A stretch of DNA of 64,000 nt, from NCBI GenBank assembly GCA_034530875.2, contig JAVRCJ020000012.1, positions 128,001-192,000 of the forward strand, given 5' to 3'. Below are positions 38,899-49,230 of the stretch, piece after piece. Within the stretch, counting starts at the first letter, position 1. Each line of letters starts with the position of its first letter. Made by a program: the position numbers and the translations under genes. The notes below the pieces were generated by a model. That model ran no database searches and was not told where the DNA came from. It saw nothing but the letters and a program-made list of their open reading frames with translations. Origin of the DNA: Nostoc sp. DedSLP01. Lineage in GTDB: Bacteria; Cyanobacteriota; Cyanobacteriia; Cyanobacteriales; Nostocaceae.

Positions 38899-40638
38899 TT
38901 GAAAACGCCTTTTAATTACAAGCTACTGCTACCTTATATCCGACCTCAGTGGCGAACTATCACTAAGGGATTTATTGGCGTTTTTGGTTACGTACTGGGA
39001 ACATTAGTCTTAATTAATCTTGCTGGCAAATTGGCAATTCCCTTCGGACAAGGTAATGTAGTAGCGATCGTCCAAATCACTGGGATCTGTGCCTTAATCT
39101 TTCTTGTGAGAAGCTTGTTTGAGTCTTTACAAGATATGTACATGGCGAAAGCTGCTTTAAAAGTTGCTTTTCATCTCCGTCAAGAAGTCTACACGCATCT
39201 TCAAAAGCTAAATCTCAGTTATTTTGAAACGGCAAAAGCTGGTGATTTATCTTACCGCCTCACGGAAGATGTTGACCGAGTTGGTGAACTGGTAAATAAA
39301 ATTTTTCACGATTTTATTCCCTCTGTTTTGCAGTTGCTAGCAATTCTGATTTATATGATTTATCTGAATTGGCAACTGACACTAGTAACTGCCATAATTG
39401 CACCACCAATAGCTATTTTAATCAGTTGGTTTGGTGAAAGGTTAAGCAAGTATTCTCTGAAAACTCCAAATCAGGTGTCTGGTTTATCTGCGATTTTCTC
39501 GGAAGTGATTAATGGTATTCGTTTGGTACAAGCTTTTGCAGCAGAAAACTACGAAATTGCCCGCTTTGGCTACGAAGCAGAACGCAGTCTGAAAGCAAAA
39601 TATTCAGGACAGCGTTTAAAAGTAATTCGCGTTCCTATTGTGGGATTTTTGGAAGTCTCCACTGTATTATCTTTGCTTTTAGTGGGAGCGTGGCAAATTT
39701 CTCAAGACAATTTAACAGTAGCTAATTTTTTCAGTTATCTGGCGGCAGTGGTGCTGTTAATTGACCCCATTAGTCATATAACTAAGAACTACAATAAATT
39801 TAGGCAGCGCGAAGTATCTATTAGCCGGGTTTTTGAGTTGATGGCAATTCAACCGACAGCGATAGAAAAGTCTTATGCTATCGCTCTACCTCCAGTCAAA
39901 GGTGGAATAGAATATTGTGATGTTGCTTTGGGCTATCAACCAGGCGAACCCATATTAAAAGATATCACTTTATCGGTCTTGCCCGGTGAAGCGATCGCTC
40001 TTGTGGGTAATTCTCATACTGCTAAAACCGTATTTGTGAATCTCTTACCCCGCTTGTACGATCCTGAAGCTGGTCAAATCTTAATTGACGGATTTGATAT
40101 TCGCAATGTTAAGTTAAATAGTCTACGGCGACAAATTGGTATTATTCCCCAAGAAACCATTATGTTTTCTGGGACAATTGCCCAAAATATCGCTTTTGGG
40201 CAAGACTTTTTCGATATCGAAGCAGTGAAAGCAGCCGCGAAAATTGCTAATGCCCATGAATTTATTAGTGCATTACCAGAAGATTATCGTACTTGGGTGG
40301 GCGAACGTGGGGTAAACTTATCACTAGGACAAAGACAAAGAATTGCGATCGCTCGTGCTGCTCTCCTCAAACCAAAAATTTTGATTCTCGATGAAGCCAC
40401 ATCTGCATTAGATTCCGAGTCTGAAACTTTGGTACAGGAAGCTTTAGAAAGACTGATGAAAAACCGAACAGTGTTTGTTATTGCTCATCGTTTATCAACA
40501 GTTAAAAGGTGCGATCGTATTTTAGTTCTCGAAGAAGGACAAATTATCGAATCAGGAACCCACGAAGAATTATTAGCTTTAGAAGGTCGCTATGCCCAAT
40601 TTTATGTTCAACAATTGATAACAGAGAACAGGCAATAA
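38899..40638 (+). CDS. MsbA-like ABC exporter (TMD+NBD) with degenerate Walker A and signature motifs
   Basis: N-terminal TMD; NBD has GNSHTAKT (Walker A position), LSLGQ (signature), ILILDEATSALD and IAHR. Confidence 0.85.
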   Translation: MKTPFNYKLLLPYIRPQWRTITKGFIGVFGYVLGTLVLINLAGKLAIPFGQGNVVAIVQITGICALIFLVRSLFESLQDMYMAKAALKVAFHLRQEVYTHLQKLNLSYFETAKAGDLSYRLTEDVDRVGELVNKIFHDFIPSVLQLLAILIYMIYLNWQLTLVTAIIAPPIAILISWFGERLSKYSLKTPNQVSGLSAIFSEVINGIRLVQAFAAENYEIARFGYEAERSLKAKYSGQRLKVIRVPIVGFLEVSTVLSLLLVGAWQISQDNLTVANFFSYLAAVVLLIDPISHITKNYNKFRQREVSISRVFELMAIQPTAIEKSYAIALPPVKGGIEYCDVALGYQPGEPILKDITLSVLPGEAIALVGNSHTAKTVFVNLLPRLYDPEAGQILIDGFDIRNVKLNSLRRQIGIIPQETIMFSGTIAQNIAFGQDFFDIEAVKAAAKIANAHEFISALPEDYRTWVGERGVNLSLGQRQRIAIARAALLKPKILILDEATSALDSESETLVQEALERLMKNRTVFVIAHRLSTVKRCDRILVLEEGQIIESGTHEELLALEGRYAQFYVQQLITENRQ

Positions 40639-40911
40639 GTGGCTTCCAAGAAATAAAATTAAAAGCGAAAAATTTAGTCTTTGAGATATCAAATCAAATC
40701 CGGCTAATTATACCAATTTGAAAAAAGAATATGACAGACGTTAGGGGCGCAAAGCTTTGCGTCCTACAGATTTTTGATGTCTAGCAAAGAATATTTGAAA
40801 TGGTATTTAAATACGTATTTTTTATGTAGCACTTTTTATAAGTGTGCTATAAATGTATCGTTAGTCGGTTTAAGCGACTAAGTTTATGCTTTTTTTAAGT
40901 CCCTAATATCT

Positions 40912-42150
40912 ATGAAAAATAACTTCACACAATATCTTTTGATCGGCATACTATTAGCAAGTTTTATCTCTTGTTTATTAACAAAAAATATTGAGATATT
41001 TTTAAGCATTTTGTGGATTGTAATTTATATTCTCATCTTTTGTGGATTTACTTATATTGATACTATTATTCATGAATTTGGCCATGCGATCGCAGGTTGG
41101 ATTGTCAACATTCCCATCAAAAAAATTACCATCGGCTTCGGACACAATATTTTTAAATATAAATTCAATGAAACAACTATACTGATTAACCAAGGACTAC
41201 AAGGTGGTTTAACTTATCCTGGAACATTTTCCCCTGATTTCTTACGACTACGCTATTTTTTCTTCACCTTAGGGGGAGTCGCATTGCAGATGGTAGCAAT
41301 GGCATTGGTCATGGTTATTATTTCAGCGATAAAAAGTATTTATCCACTAGCTTTAAACAATACTTCTCTATTTTTGACAATAGTAAATATTTTTTTATTT
41401 TCTAATTTTGTTTTGATTCTTTTTAACCTGCTACCCTTCAAGGTAAATATGATGGGAGTTTCCATGCCTAACGATGGCTTACAGCTTCTAACCATATTTT
41501 TCATGAATCAACAGAAGATCCAAGAAATTTTATTGTCCGGTAAGATTATAGAAGGAATGGAATATCTAGAAGAAAAAAACTTTCAAAAAGCCGAATTAAT
41601 TTTTCGCGAATGTATTGTTAATTACTCTACATATTTAGTTCCTAAAATAAATCTTTCCGTGGCGTTAATCCGTCAACAAAAACTTGATGAGGCGATCGCA
41701 TTACTATCCAAACTTATAATAGAATCAGAAAAAAATCCATTGCAATTATTTATTTTTAATAATTTAGCTTGGAGTTATTTACTTAAAGGAGTGAATCAAC
41801 GAGAGTTTCTTAATTTAGCCGATGATTATTCTGCACAAGCGATTAAGCTCAATAATCAACATATTTATGTTGTTGGTACAAGAGCCTGTGTGTTAATTGA
41901 AATTGGAAAGGTTGATGAAGGCATTAACCTTTTAAAAGGTCGCATTAGTCTTAATCAAGCTATTAATGAGGCTACAAACTCGGTGATTGGCTTTTTATAT
42001 TTAGCCTATGCTTATTATCTCAAAGGTAATCAACAACAATCTCAAAAATATTGGCAAAAAATCAACAATAATGAAGATTTGAAATCCAGCGAATATAGGC
42101 TATTATTTGACCATATTTTAGATAAAACGAATTACTTTACAATGCTATAG
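40912..42150 (+). CDS. M50 (site-2) membrane metalloprotease fused to TPR repeats
   Basis: HEFGH, NLLP...NDG and C-terminal TPR-like helices (NNLAWSYL, GTRACVLIEIG). Confidence 0.8.
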   Translation: MKNNFTQYLLIGILLASFISCLLTKNIEIFLSILWIVIYILIFCGFTYIDTIIHEFGHAIAGWIVNIPIKKITIGFGHNIFKYKFNETTILINQGLQGGLTYPGTFSPDFLRLRYFFFTLGGVALQMVAMALVMVIISAIKSIYPLALNNTSLFLTIVNIFLFSNFVLILFNLLPFKVNMMGVSMPNDGLQLLTIFFMNQQKIQEILLSGKIIEGMEYLEEKNFQKAELIFRECIVNYSTYLVPKINLSVALIRQQKLDEAIALLSKLIIESEKNPLQLFIFNNLAWSYLLKGVNQREFLNLADDYSAQAIKLNNQHIYVVGTRACVLIEIGKVDEGINLLKGRISLNQAINEATNSVIGFLYLAYAYYLKGNQQQSQKYWQKINNNEDLKSSEYRLLFDHILDKTNYFTML

Positions 42151-42182
42151 ACATGATATTATTCTGAATTCAGAATTCCTGT

Positions 42183-43361
42183 TTATTGTTTTAACATCAT
42201 TTTTGCAAAAATAATTTCGTTCACAATATCCATCACATCATTGACTACATCTTCCGCTGTTGATGCATCGTTAATATATTGATTCACTGACTTAAATTTT
42301 TCCGGTGATATATTTCCCATTAATTTGCTATCCCAATTTTGCAGCATTTCGTCGAACACTTTTTTAGCATCGCCATTAGTACATACAATAGGAACCACGG
42401 GAATTTTTTCTTGTTTAGCACACAGATAAGTCTCATAAGTTCCACCAGCACCTCCCACGAGAATAACTAAATCTGAATGTCGCAAACAACCAAGCCATTC
42501 ATTAATGCCTGGTTCCGTGTATTCGACATTTCCACCTTTAAATACAGGTTGTTTTCCTTGGGGAACAATATGTGTTAACTTCTCAGTGAGACGTAAATTT
42601 TTCTGCGCGATTTTTTGTGCAAAATTATCAGCTACAACATAATCTACTCCCTCCCATCCACCTGTGATTAAGTTATAGTTAGATTCTGCTATTTTTTCCC
42701 CAAGTTTTTGAGCGCACCAATTGACTTCATTAGGAATATTAAAGCTTCCTGTGCCAGCAACTAAAATGCTCTTTTTACTTCTGAGTTGAACGGCATCATT
42801 TTGAATAGTAGTAGTAAGCTGATTAATAAATGCACTAAAGTTATTAATTGGATCGATGCTTAGTTTATCTGAAATAAAAAACATGAATTCATCAAAATTC
42901 AGAGAAATATCTATAATTTTTGCAGCAACATTATACATTGCTGAATTTTCATGAGAAGACAGTTCAGAACTGATGAGTTTCTCTGTTTTTTCTCTCTGTT
43001 CCTTCCAGTATTTTATATACTCGCTCTTTCCTTCTTTAGTATAAATATTGGCATCTTGCAAAACAACAGGAAAAACTTTTTGCTCGTAATCCTTGTGCTT
43101 CATGATTTCAACAGCTTCAAACATGCAGTATTCAGATCGCAAATATTTGTCGCTGACTACAATAATTACATAATTACCACGCCCGATTTCCTGCATGAAG
43201 TTTCTTATACTCTTACCGAGTGTCAAGTGGTTGCGATCTCGAATTAAGTTGTAACGTTCAGCAATAAGTACTTCACAAATCTTATCGACTAATTCTTCGC
43301 GCTGACTACCTAATTCACTGTTGTTATCTTTCCATGCATAGGATATATATATTTCATTCAT
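42183..43361 (-). CDS. TIR domain - SLOG domain fusion protein
   Basis: TIR: IYISYAW, IRDR, FMQEI, VIIVVSDKYLRSEYCMFE. SLOG: ILVAG, LGEKIA..NYNLITGGWEGVD, LVILVGGAGGTYETY and IPVVPI..TNG.A. Confidence 0.8.
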   Translation of the reverse strand: MNEIYISYAWKDNNSELGSQREELVDKICEVLIAERYNLIRDRNHLTLGKSIRNFMQEIGRGNYVIIVVSDKYLRSEYCMFEAVEIMKHKDYEQKVFPVVLQDANIYTKEGKSEYIKYWKEQREKTEKLISSELSSHENSAMYNVAAKIIDISLNFDEFMFFISDKLSIDPINNFSAFINQLTTTIQNDAVQLRSKKSILVAGTGSFNIPNEVNWCAQKLGEKIAESNYNLITGGWEGVDYVVADNFAQKIAQKNLRLTEKLTHIVPQGKQPVFKGGNVEYTEPGINEWLGCLRHSDLVILVGGAGGTYETYLCAKQEKIPVVPIVCTNGDAKKVFDEMLQNWDSKLMGNISPEKFKSVNQYINDASTAEDVVNDVMDIVNEIIFAKMMLKQ

Positions 43362-43621
43362 ATTTTTTAATATTTATAAAATTCCAAGTAATTACGCATT
43401 CAATTGTATATATAGAGACTTTGAATGGCAACGTCTGTAATTCGGAATTTCTAAATAAACAATATTTAACTTTGCTTGTGGGGTGGGCGTAAGAAAGGGC
43501 GGACAAGATGTCCACCCCGCAAGATTGGATAAATTATTTGTTGGTAATCCCTTAGATTATTAGTTATGAGAAGTACAGCAGTTTTAATTCTGTTGCTATG
43601 AAAAAAATAGCGTTGATTTGA

Positions 43622-45088
43622 CTATTGCCGAGATTGAATTCGCTGTACCAAATCATAAAAAGGTTGCCAATTATCTTCTTGAACGATTGGTTCCCAAATC
43701 GATTCAATTACAGGTCTTAACAATGCTGTTTTGGGATTATGGAAAGCTAGAGTTTGGGCGATTGTGTCTAGGCGATCGCCATCTAAATCGTTCAAGATTG
43801 TATGATATAATATACACCAGTCATCAAAAATTCCTGACGCTCCTGGTGCCGGCACAATATCAGAATTATTCATCACCAAAGCTGGTTCATCTCGCCATTT
43901 AGATGAAAATGTGCGAGCCATCTCATAAAAAAATTCGTGATAACCAACTTTGCTATTTGCCAAAAATTCAATTGTTAATTTCAAAAGTTCCTTTGCCTGG
44001 GGATTTGGTAAATCTACAAAACCCAATTTTTTCAGCATTAAACAATCGTATTCTGCCTGATAATACTCATTAAATTTTGATAATCCAGACTTCAAATCGT
44101 CTTTATGAATAAGCGCCTTGAAAGGTTCCTGGAGCAATTCTAAATTTAACTCGCAAACGCTTGGCTGATGAATATAACAATAGCGTCCGTAATAATCAAA
44201 GTATGCAGCTATAAAGTATGGGTTATAGTGAGGAATAAACGCATAAGGTCCGTAATCAAAACTCTCTCCCGTAATCGACATATTGTCAGTATTGAGAACT
44301 GCATGACAAAAACCCGCAGCCATCCACTGTGCTGCTAGTTCTGCCACTCTTTTAACTAATTCAGCATAAAATAAAGCATACTTATCTTCTTCATCTTCCA
44401 AGTGTTGATAGTATTCTTTGATTACGTGGTTTAACAGTTTTTTAATTAAATCTGGACGTTGCAAATAGTGCAAACGCTCAAAAGTACCAAAGCGAATATG
44501 AGAATTACTCATTCTCACCATTACAGACGAACGAGTGGGCGAAGGTTCATCTCCCCGCCACAGCGATAAACCTGTTTCAATCATGCTGAGACAGCGCGAA
44601 GTACGCACACCTAAGTGATGCAGTGCTTCCGCAGCTAAAACTTCCCGCACTCCACCTTTAAGCGTCAGTAAACCGTCGCCACCGCGAGAATAAGGCGTTC
44701 TCCCAGAACCTTTTGTACCAAAATCGTATAATTTACCATCAGTGCCGCGTACTTGTCCGTAGAGGAAGCCTCTACCATCACCTAATTGTGGATTATATTC
44801 ACCAAATTGATAGCCGTGGTAACGCATCGCCAAAAATGGTTGGCGTCCCTCAAATTTACCAAAAGCTGTGATGAAATCTTCATCTTTAACTAGTTGAGGA
44901 TCCAAACCTAAACGCGGTAATAGCGCATCGTTACGCCAACGCAAGATGTGTTCGGGAAATTCTTCTGCTGCAACCTCATCATAGTAGTCATCGCCTAGAG
45001 ATTCTAAGGCGCTTTCGTAGTTCAGGGAGAGAAAAGGATTACTAGAACTTTTGTCGTTTGAAGTTTGGGCCAGAGTCATTACAAGCAA
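43622..45088 (-). CDS. selO: Protein adenylyltransferase SelO/YdiU family
   Basis: [42 protein letters not shown] and DYGPY. Confidence 0.9.
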   Translation of the reverse strand: MLVMTLAQTSNDKSSSNPFLSLNYESALESLGDDYYDEVAAEEFPEHILRWRNDALLPRLGLDPQLVKDEDFITAFGKFEGRQPFLAMRYHGYQFGEYNPQLGDGRGFLYGQVRGTDGKLYDFGTKGSGRTPYSRGGDGLLTLKGGVREVLAAEALHHLGVRTSRCLSMIETGLSLWRGDEPSPTRSSVMVRMSNSHIRFGTFERLHYLQRPDLIKKLLNHVIKEYYQHLEDEEDKYALFYAELVKRVAELAAQWMAAGFCHAVLNTDNMSITGESFDYGPYAFIPHYNPYFIAAYFDYYGRYCYIHQPSVCELNLELLQEPFKALIHKDDLKSGLSKFNEYYQAEYDCLMLKKLGFVDLPNPQAKELLKLTIEFLANSKVGYHEFFYEMARTFSSKWRDEPALVMNNSDIVPAPGASGIFDDWCILYHTILNDLDGDRLDTIAQTLAFHNPKTALLRPVIESIWEPIVQEDNWQPFYDLVQRIQSRQ

Positions 45089-45165
45089 AACTTAATTGAT
45101 TCTTTCCTTTAATACTACCTCTGGCTTCAGCATCAGCATAGAGATATTCTCAATTACGAATTATC

Positions 45166-45741
45166 TTAAGATTTGGATTGTTGCCAATTAGGATTTATGA
45201 GACTTGTTAAAATATGATCTTCCCATTTTCCATTGATTAATAAATAATCTCTAGCGTATCCTTCAATCACAAAACCGAGTCTTTTAAGCACATTGCCGCT
45301 GCGACGATTGTGAGGCATATAATTAGCCATCACCCGGTGAAAATTTAACTCTTGAAAGAGATATTGAATAGCTGCTTGTAGCCCTTCTGTCATATATCCT
45401 TGACCTTGCATTGTTTCAGCGAGGCCATATCCTACGTAACAAAAATGAGCAACTCCTCGAACAAAATTACTAAAATTGATCGTCCCAATAATTACAGTGG
45501 GATTTTTTTTAGCAAAAATAAATAGCTTTAAGGATTGACCATTGAGAAATTCCAAAAAATTGTTCTCTATTTGATAGTACCAATACTCTTCAGTAAAAAA
45601 TCCATCAGCCCAACGAGGGTAGAAGGGAGTAAAATATGTTTTGTTCTCTGTAAAGTATTTGATAATTTCGGGTATATCTTCTTGAATCGCTGCTCGCAAT
45701 AATAGGCGATCGCTTTTAATTAATGGCAGTTCTAATTTCAT
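45166..45741 (-). CDS. rimJ: RimJ/RimL family GNAT N-acetyltransferase
   Basis: GQGYMTE, FHRVMANYMPHNRRSGNVLKRLGF and YLLINGKWEDH. Confidence 0.75.
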   Translation of the reverse strand: MKLELPLIKSDRLLLRAAIQEDIPEIIKYFTENKTYFTPFYPRWADGFFTEEYWYYQIENNFLEFLNGQSLKLFIFAKKNPTVIIGTINFSNFVRGVAHFCYVGYGLAETMQGQGYMTEGLQAAIQYLFQELNFHRVMANYMPHNRRSGNVLKRLGFVIEGYARDYLLINGKWEDHILTSLINPNWQQSKS

Positions 45742-46238
45742 ACACTAATTAAGTCTAGGTATATCTTTCAAGAAACATGGGGAAAGGGGAAAGGGGAAAG
45801 GGAAAAGGGGAAAGGGATTTAATTAATAATGTTGGTTTCTTTCGTAGTGGGTTGTGTACCGTCAGTGTATCTGCTTTTTAGAAAAATCTTTAGATTGTTG
45901 TAAATTCTCTCATATCTGCGGCTCAGTACATTAGTCAGATGAGTCATTGGCCATTAGACTTCTTACAGAAGTGGGAAAAGTGAAAATAGATAAACAAAAA
46001 GAATCTTCCCTTTTCCCCTTACCCCTTTCCCTTTTCCCATCTAACCTTTGAGTATTTATGCTCTGAATCTGCCATTCAAGCAAAATCTTGGTAAGCTGAT
46101 GTCTAAATATCTAGAGCTGAAGGATTGAAAGTTAATGGGTAATTGAGAACTTCAATAAAATTTCTTTGCCCAAAGGCTGTACTAGAGGAAATTCAATTCC
46201 TAGACAGCTCTCGATCAACTTAGTCTACAAGAAGGATA

Positions 46239-47249
46239 GTGATGTCGGGAATACGCTACGATTGGCAGGAATTAGAGATTCGGGCGATATACAATACGCC
46301 TTTGCTAGAGCTGATTTATCAAGCTGCTAGCGTGCATCGCCAATATCATGACCCAACAAAAATCCAAGTTTGTAAGCTTATATCTATTAAAACCGGAGGT
46401 TGTCCAGAAGATTGTAGCTACTGCGCCCAATCTTCGCGCTATCAAACAGAGGTAAAGCCGCAAGCACTTTTAGAAAAGGAAACGGTAGTTAGTATTGCTC
46501 AAAAAGCTAAAGAAACTGGTGTTAGCCGCATTTGTATGGGTGCTGCTTGGCGTCAGGTGCGGGATAACTCACAATTTGAGGAAGTCCTGGAAATGGTCAA
46601 GGATGTGACAGCAATGGGTTTGGAAGTATGCTGCACTCTAGGAATGTTGACACCAAATCAAGCCAAGCGATTAGAAGAAGCAGGACTTTACGCCTATAAC
46701 CATAACTTGGATACTTCCCAAGAATATTACAGCACAATTATTACCACAAGAACTTATAGCGATCGCCTCAACACAATTGAGAATGTCCGTCAAACCAACG
46801 TCACTGTATGTTCCGGCGGTATCCTGGGTTTGGGCGAAACTGTGGATGACCGCGTTGCGATGTTGCAAACTCTAGCAAATTTACAACCGCATCCAGAATC
46901 AGTGCCGATTAATATTCTCTCCCAAGTACCGGGGACACCTTTAGAAAATCAGCCTGATGTCCCCATTTGGGATGTTGTGCGTATGATTGCTACAGCCAGA
47001 ATTATCATGCCAGGTTCCGATGTGCGTCTGAGTGCTGGTAGGGCGAGACTTTCTCAAGTCGAACAAGCTTTGTGCTTTATGGCAGGAGCCAATTCTATCT
47101 TCTCCAGCGACGACAACAAAATGCTGACGGTGACAACTCCGTGTCCAGATTATGATAGCGATCGCGAAATGCTAAATTTACTCGGTTTACAAATGCGTCC
47201 ACCTTCCCAAAGACAGGAGAAACTGTCAACTCCAGCAGTTGTAGGATAA
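46239..47249 (+). CDS. bioB: Biotin synthase
   Basis: Radical [35 protein letters not shown] and RLSAGR. Confidence 0.96.
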   Translation: MMSGIRYDWQELEIRAIYNTPLLELIYQAASVHRQYHDPTKIQVCKLISIKTGGCPEDCSYCAQSSRYQTEVKPQALLEKETVVSIAQKAKETGVSRICMGAAWRQVRDNSQFEEVLEMVKDVTAMGLEVCCTLGMLTPNQAKRLEEAGLYAYNHNLDTSQEYYSTIITTRTYSDRLNTIENVRQTNVTVCSGGILGLGETVDDRVAMLQTLANLQPHPESVPINILSQVPGTPLENQPDVPIWDVVRMIATARIIMPGSDVRLSAGRARLSQVEQALCFMAGANSIFSSDDNKMLTVTTPCPDYDSDREMLNLLGLQMRPPSQRQEKLSTPAVVG

Positions 47250-47556
47250 ATCTCTTGTAGGATGGGCGTCTCGCCCGTCCTGAAACTAAAGGCAGGCTGG
47301 GAAGCCCGCCTCACAAGAATCTAAATTAAATTATCTTGGCAGTCCGCAGACCGAAAAACAGACCGAGAGCTATACCAAAGAATAAACCCAAGAACCCAAT
47401 GTAAGCTACAATTGCAAACATTTACTTTTCTCCACAATACTTCCTAAATCTATTGAATCATTAGATGTGGGACATTGGGCATAGGGTAAACCAGGCATTA
47501 ATGATGAATTATTCACCTTGCCCCGTTGCCATCTTGTGTTTGGATCGATATCTTTA

Positions 47557-47745
47557 CTAAGTGTTTTGTCTTTTTAATTCTTGTATCAATAATTGGCAGC
47601 GTTTACTAGCTTCTTTGGCTTGTCTCATTAGATTTTTACTTTGTTCCCGGTTAGTAATACTAATTTCAACCGCTTGTTGACTAAACTGTGCTGCTTGTTT
47701 ACCTAGTTCTTGAATGCGACTTTTTAATTGCTCAACAGTTTTCAT
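47557..47745 (-). CDS. Small coiled-coil hypothetical protein
   Basis: 62-aa helical ORF, translationally coupled (ATGA overlap) to the upstream frame. Confidence 0.6.
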   Translation of the reverse strand: MKTVEQLKSRIQELGKQAAQFSQQAVEISITNREQSKNLMRQAKEASKRCQLLIQELKRQNT

Positions 47746-47942
47746 TCGCTCTCCAGTTCAGAAATCAAGGTATCTATATTTTCAGCTTCTTCATAAATTT
47801 TATCTGCTCTACTCTGAAGTAAACTAGCATCGTCAAAATCATCGTTTTGAAGTGCTAGATCTGCGGCTGCATACAATTGTGCTGCTATCTACTGTAACTC
47901 TATATACACTCTGGACAAAATAGTAAATGTTTCTGCTTTCAT
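47742..47942 (-). pseudogene. Small acidic helical ORF interrupted by an in-frame TAG
   Basis: MKAETFTILSRVYIELQ*IAAQLYAAADLALQNDDFDDASLLQSRADKIYEEAENIDTLISELESE; TAG at 47889-47891. Confidence 0.55.
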
Positions 47943-48028
47943 TTTTCCCTTATATTATTTAGATACCCGCTTCAATTTGCCAGATTGCGATAGAATACAC
48001 CCCACGGGCGCTAGTTTGGGGTTGGGCA

Positions 48029-49120
48029 ATGACTTCTGTAATTAATGTAAATTTACCTGAGCAGTCTTATGAGATTGCGATCGCACCTTCGAGTTTAGAT
48101 AAACTCGGCCAACACATGGCCAGTCTGAAGCTAGGTAAGAAGGTACTGCTGGTTTCTAATCCAACTATTTTTAAGCATTTTGGCGAAAGAGCGATCGCAT
48201 CCCTAAAATCTGCGGGGTTTGATGTTGCTAGCTGCACTCTACCACCTGGGGAACGCTATAAAACCCTCAACTCCATCCAAAAACTCTACGATGTCGCCTT
48301 GGAAAACCGCCTAGAACGTTCTTCTACTATGGTGGCTTTGGGGGGAGGTGTAATTGGCGATATGACTGGGTTTGCTGCTGCAACCTGGCTGCGGGGGATT
48401 AATGTAGTACAAGTGCCTACCTCTTTGTTGGCAATGGTAGATTCGGCAATTGGTGGTAAAACTGGCGTCAATCATCCCCACGGGAAAAACTTAATTGGGG
48501 CATTCCATCAACCACGCTTAGTTTCGATCGACCCAGAAGTTTTGAAAACTCTTCCGGTGCGGGAGTTTCGGGCAGGAATGGCAGAAGTGATAAAATACGG
48601 CGTAATCTGGGATGCAGAATTGTTTGCCCAGTTGGAAGCAAGCAAACGCCTCGACCAACTCCGCTATGTCAAACCTGAATTAGTAAACAGCATCATCACG
48701 CGTTCTTGTCAAGCGAAGGCGGATGTTGTCAGCAAAGATGAAAAAGAAGGTGGATTACGCGCAATTCTCAACTACGGACATACCATCGGTCATGCAGTCG
48801 AGAGTTTGACTGGTTATCGAAGCGTGAATCATGGTGAAGCAGTGGCAATTGGTATGGTAGCGGCTGGGCAAATTGCTGTGGAATTGGGAATGTGGCAAAA
48901 GGAAGACGTGGAACGTCAAAACGCTTTAATTGAAAAAACAGGTTTACCGACGAAGTTACCAGCTGGGGTAGATATTGAAGCAATTATTGATGCGTTGCAG
49001 TTAGATAAAAAAGTCAAAGCGGGGAAAGTGCGATTTATTTTGCCAACGCAAATTGGTGTGGTGACGATTACTGATGAAGTGCCATCAGATGTTATTCGAC
49101 AAGTTTTGCAGGGGATTTGA
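48029..49120 (+). CDS. aroB: 3-dehydroquinate synthase
   Basis: [40 protein letters not shown] and [12 protein letters not shown]. Confidence 0.96.
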   Translation: MTSVINVNLPEQSYEIAIAPSSLDKLGQHMASLKLGKKVLLVSNPTIFKHFGERAIASLKSAGFDVASCTLPPGERYKTLNSIQKLYDVALENRLERSSTMVALGGGVIGDMTGFAAATWLRGINVVQVPTSLLAMVDSAIGGKTGVNHPHGKNLIGAFHQPRLVSIDPEVLKTLPVREFRAGMAEVIKYGVIWDAELFAQLEASKRLDQLRYVKPELVNSIITRSCQAKADVVSKDEKEGGLRAILNYGHTIGHAVESLTGYRSVNHGEAVAIGMVAAGQIAVELGMWQKEDVERQNALIEKTGLPTKLPAGVDIEAIIDALQLDKKVKAGKVRFILPTQIGVVTITDEVPSDVIRQVLQGI

Positions 49121-49122
49121 TG

Positions 49123-49216
49123 CGTTGCTGATTTAATGTATGAAAACGATTGTGCGTGATTTTAAAGAGACGTTGGATTGCAACGTCTCTGGATTAATAG
49201 GGCAATTCAGCAACGC
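49123..49216. repeat. Small inverted-repeat element with an embedded palindrome
   Basis: gcgttgctga ... tcagcaacgc ends; internal agagacgttg-gattg-caacgtctct. Confidence 0.55.
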
Positions 49217-49230
49217 TGAAGCGTATTGTA

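Noticed and set aside
38563..38902. Short ORFs with repetitive CGR/GGV/PHL peptides
   Set aside because: They are translations of the tandem repeat, not credible genes.
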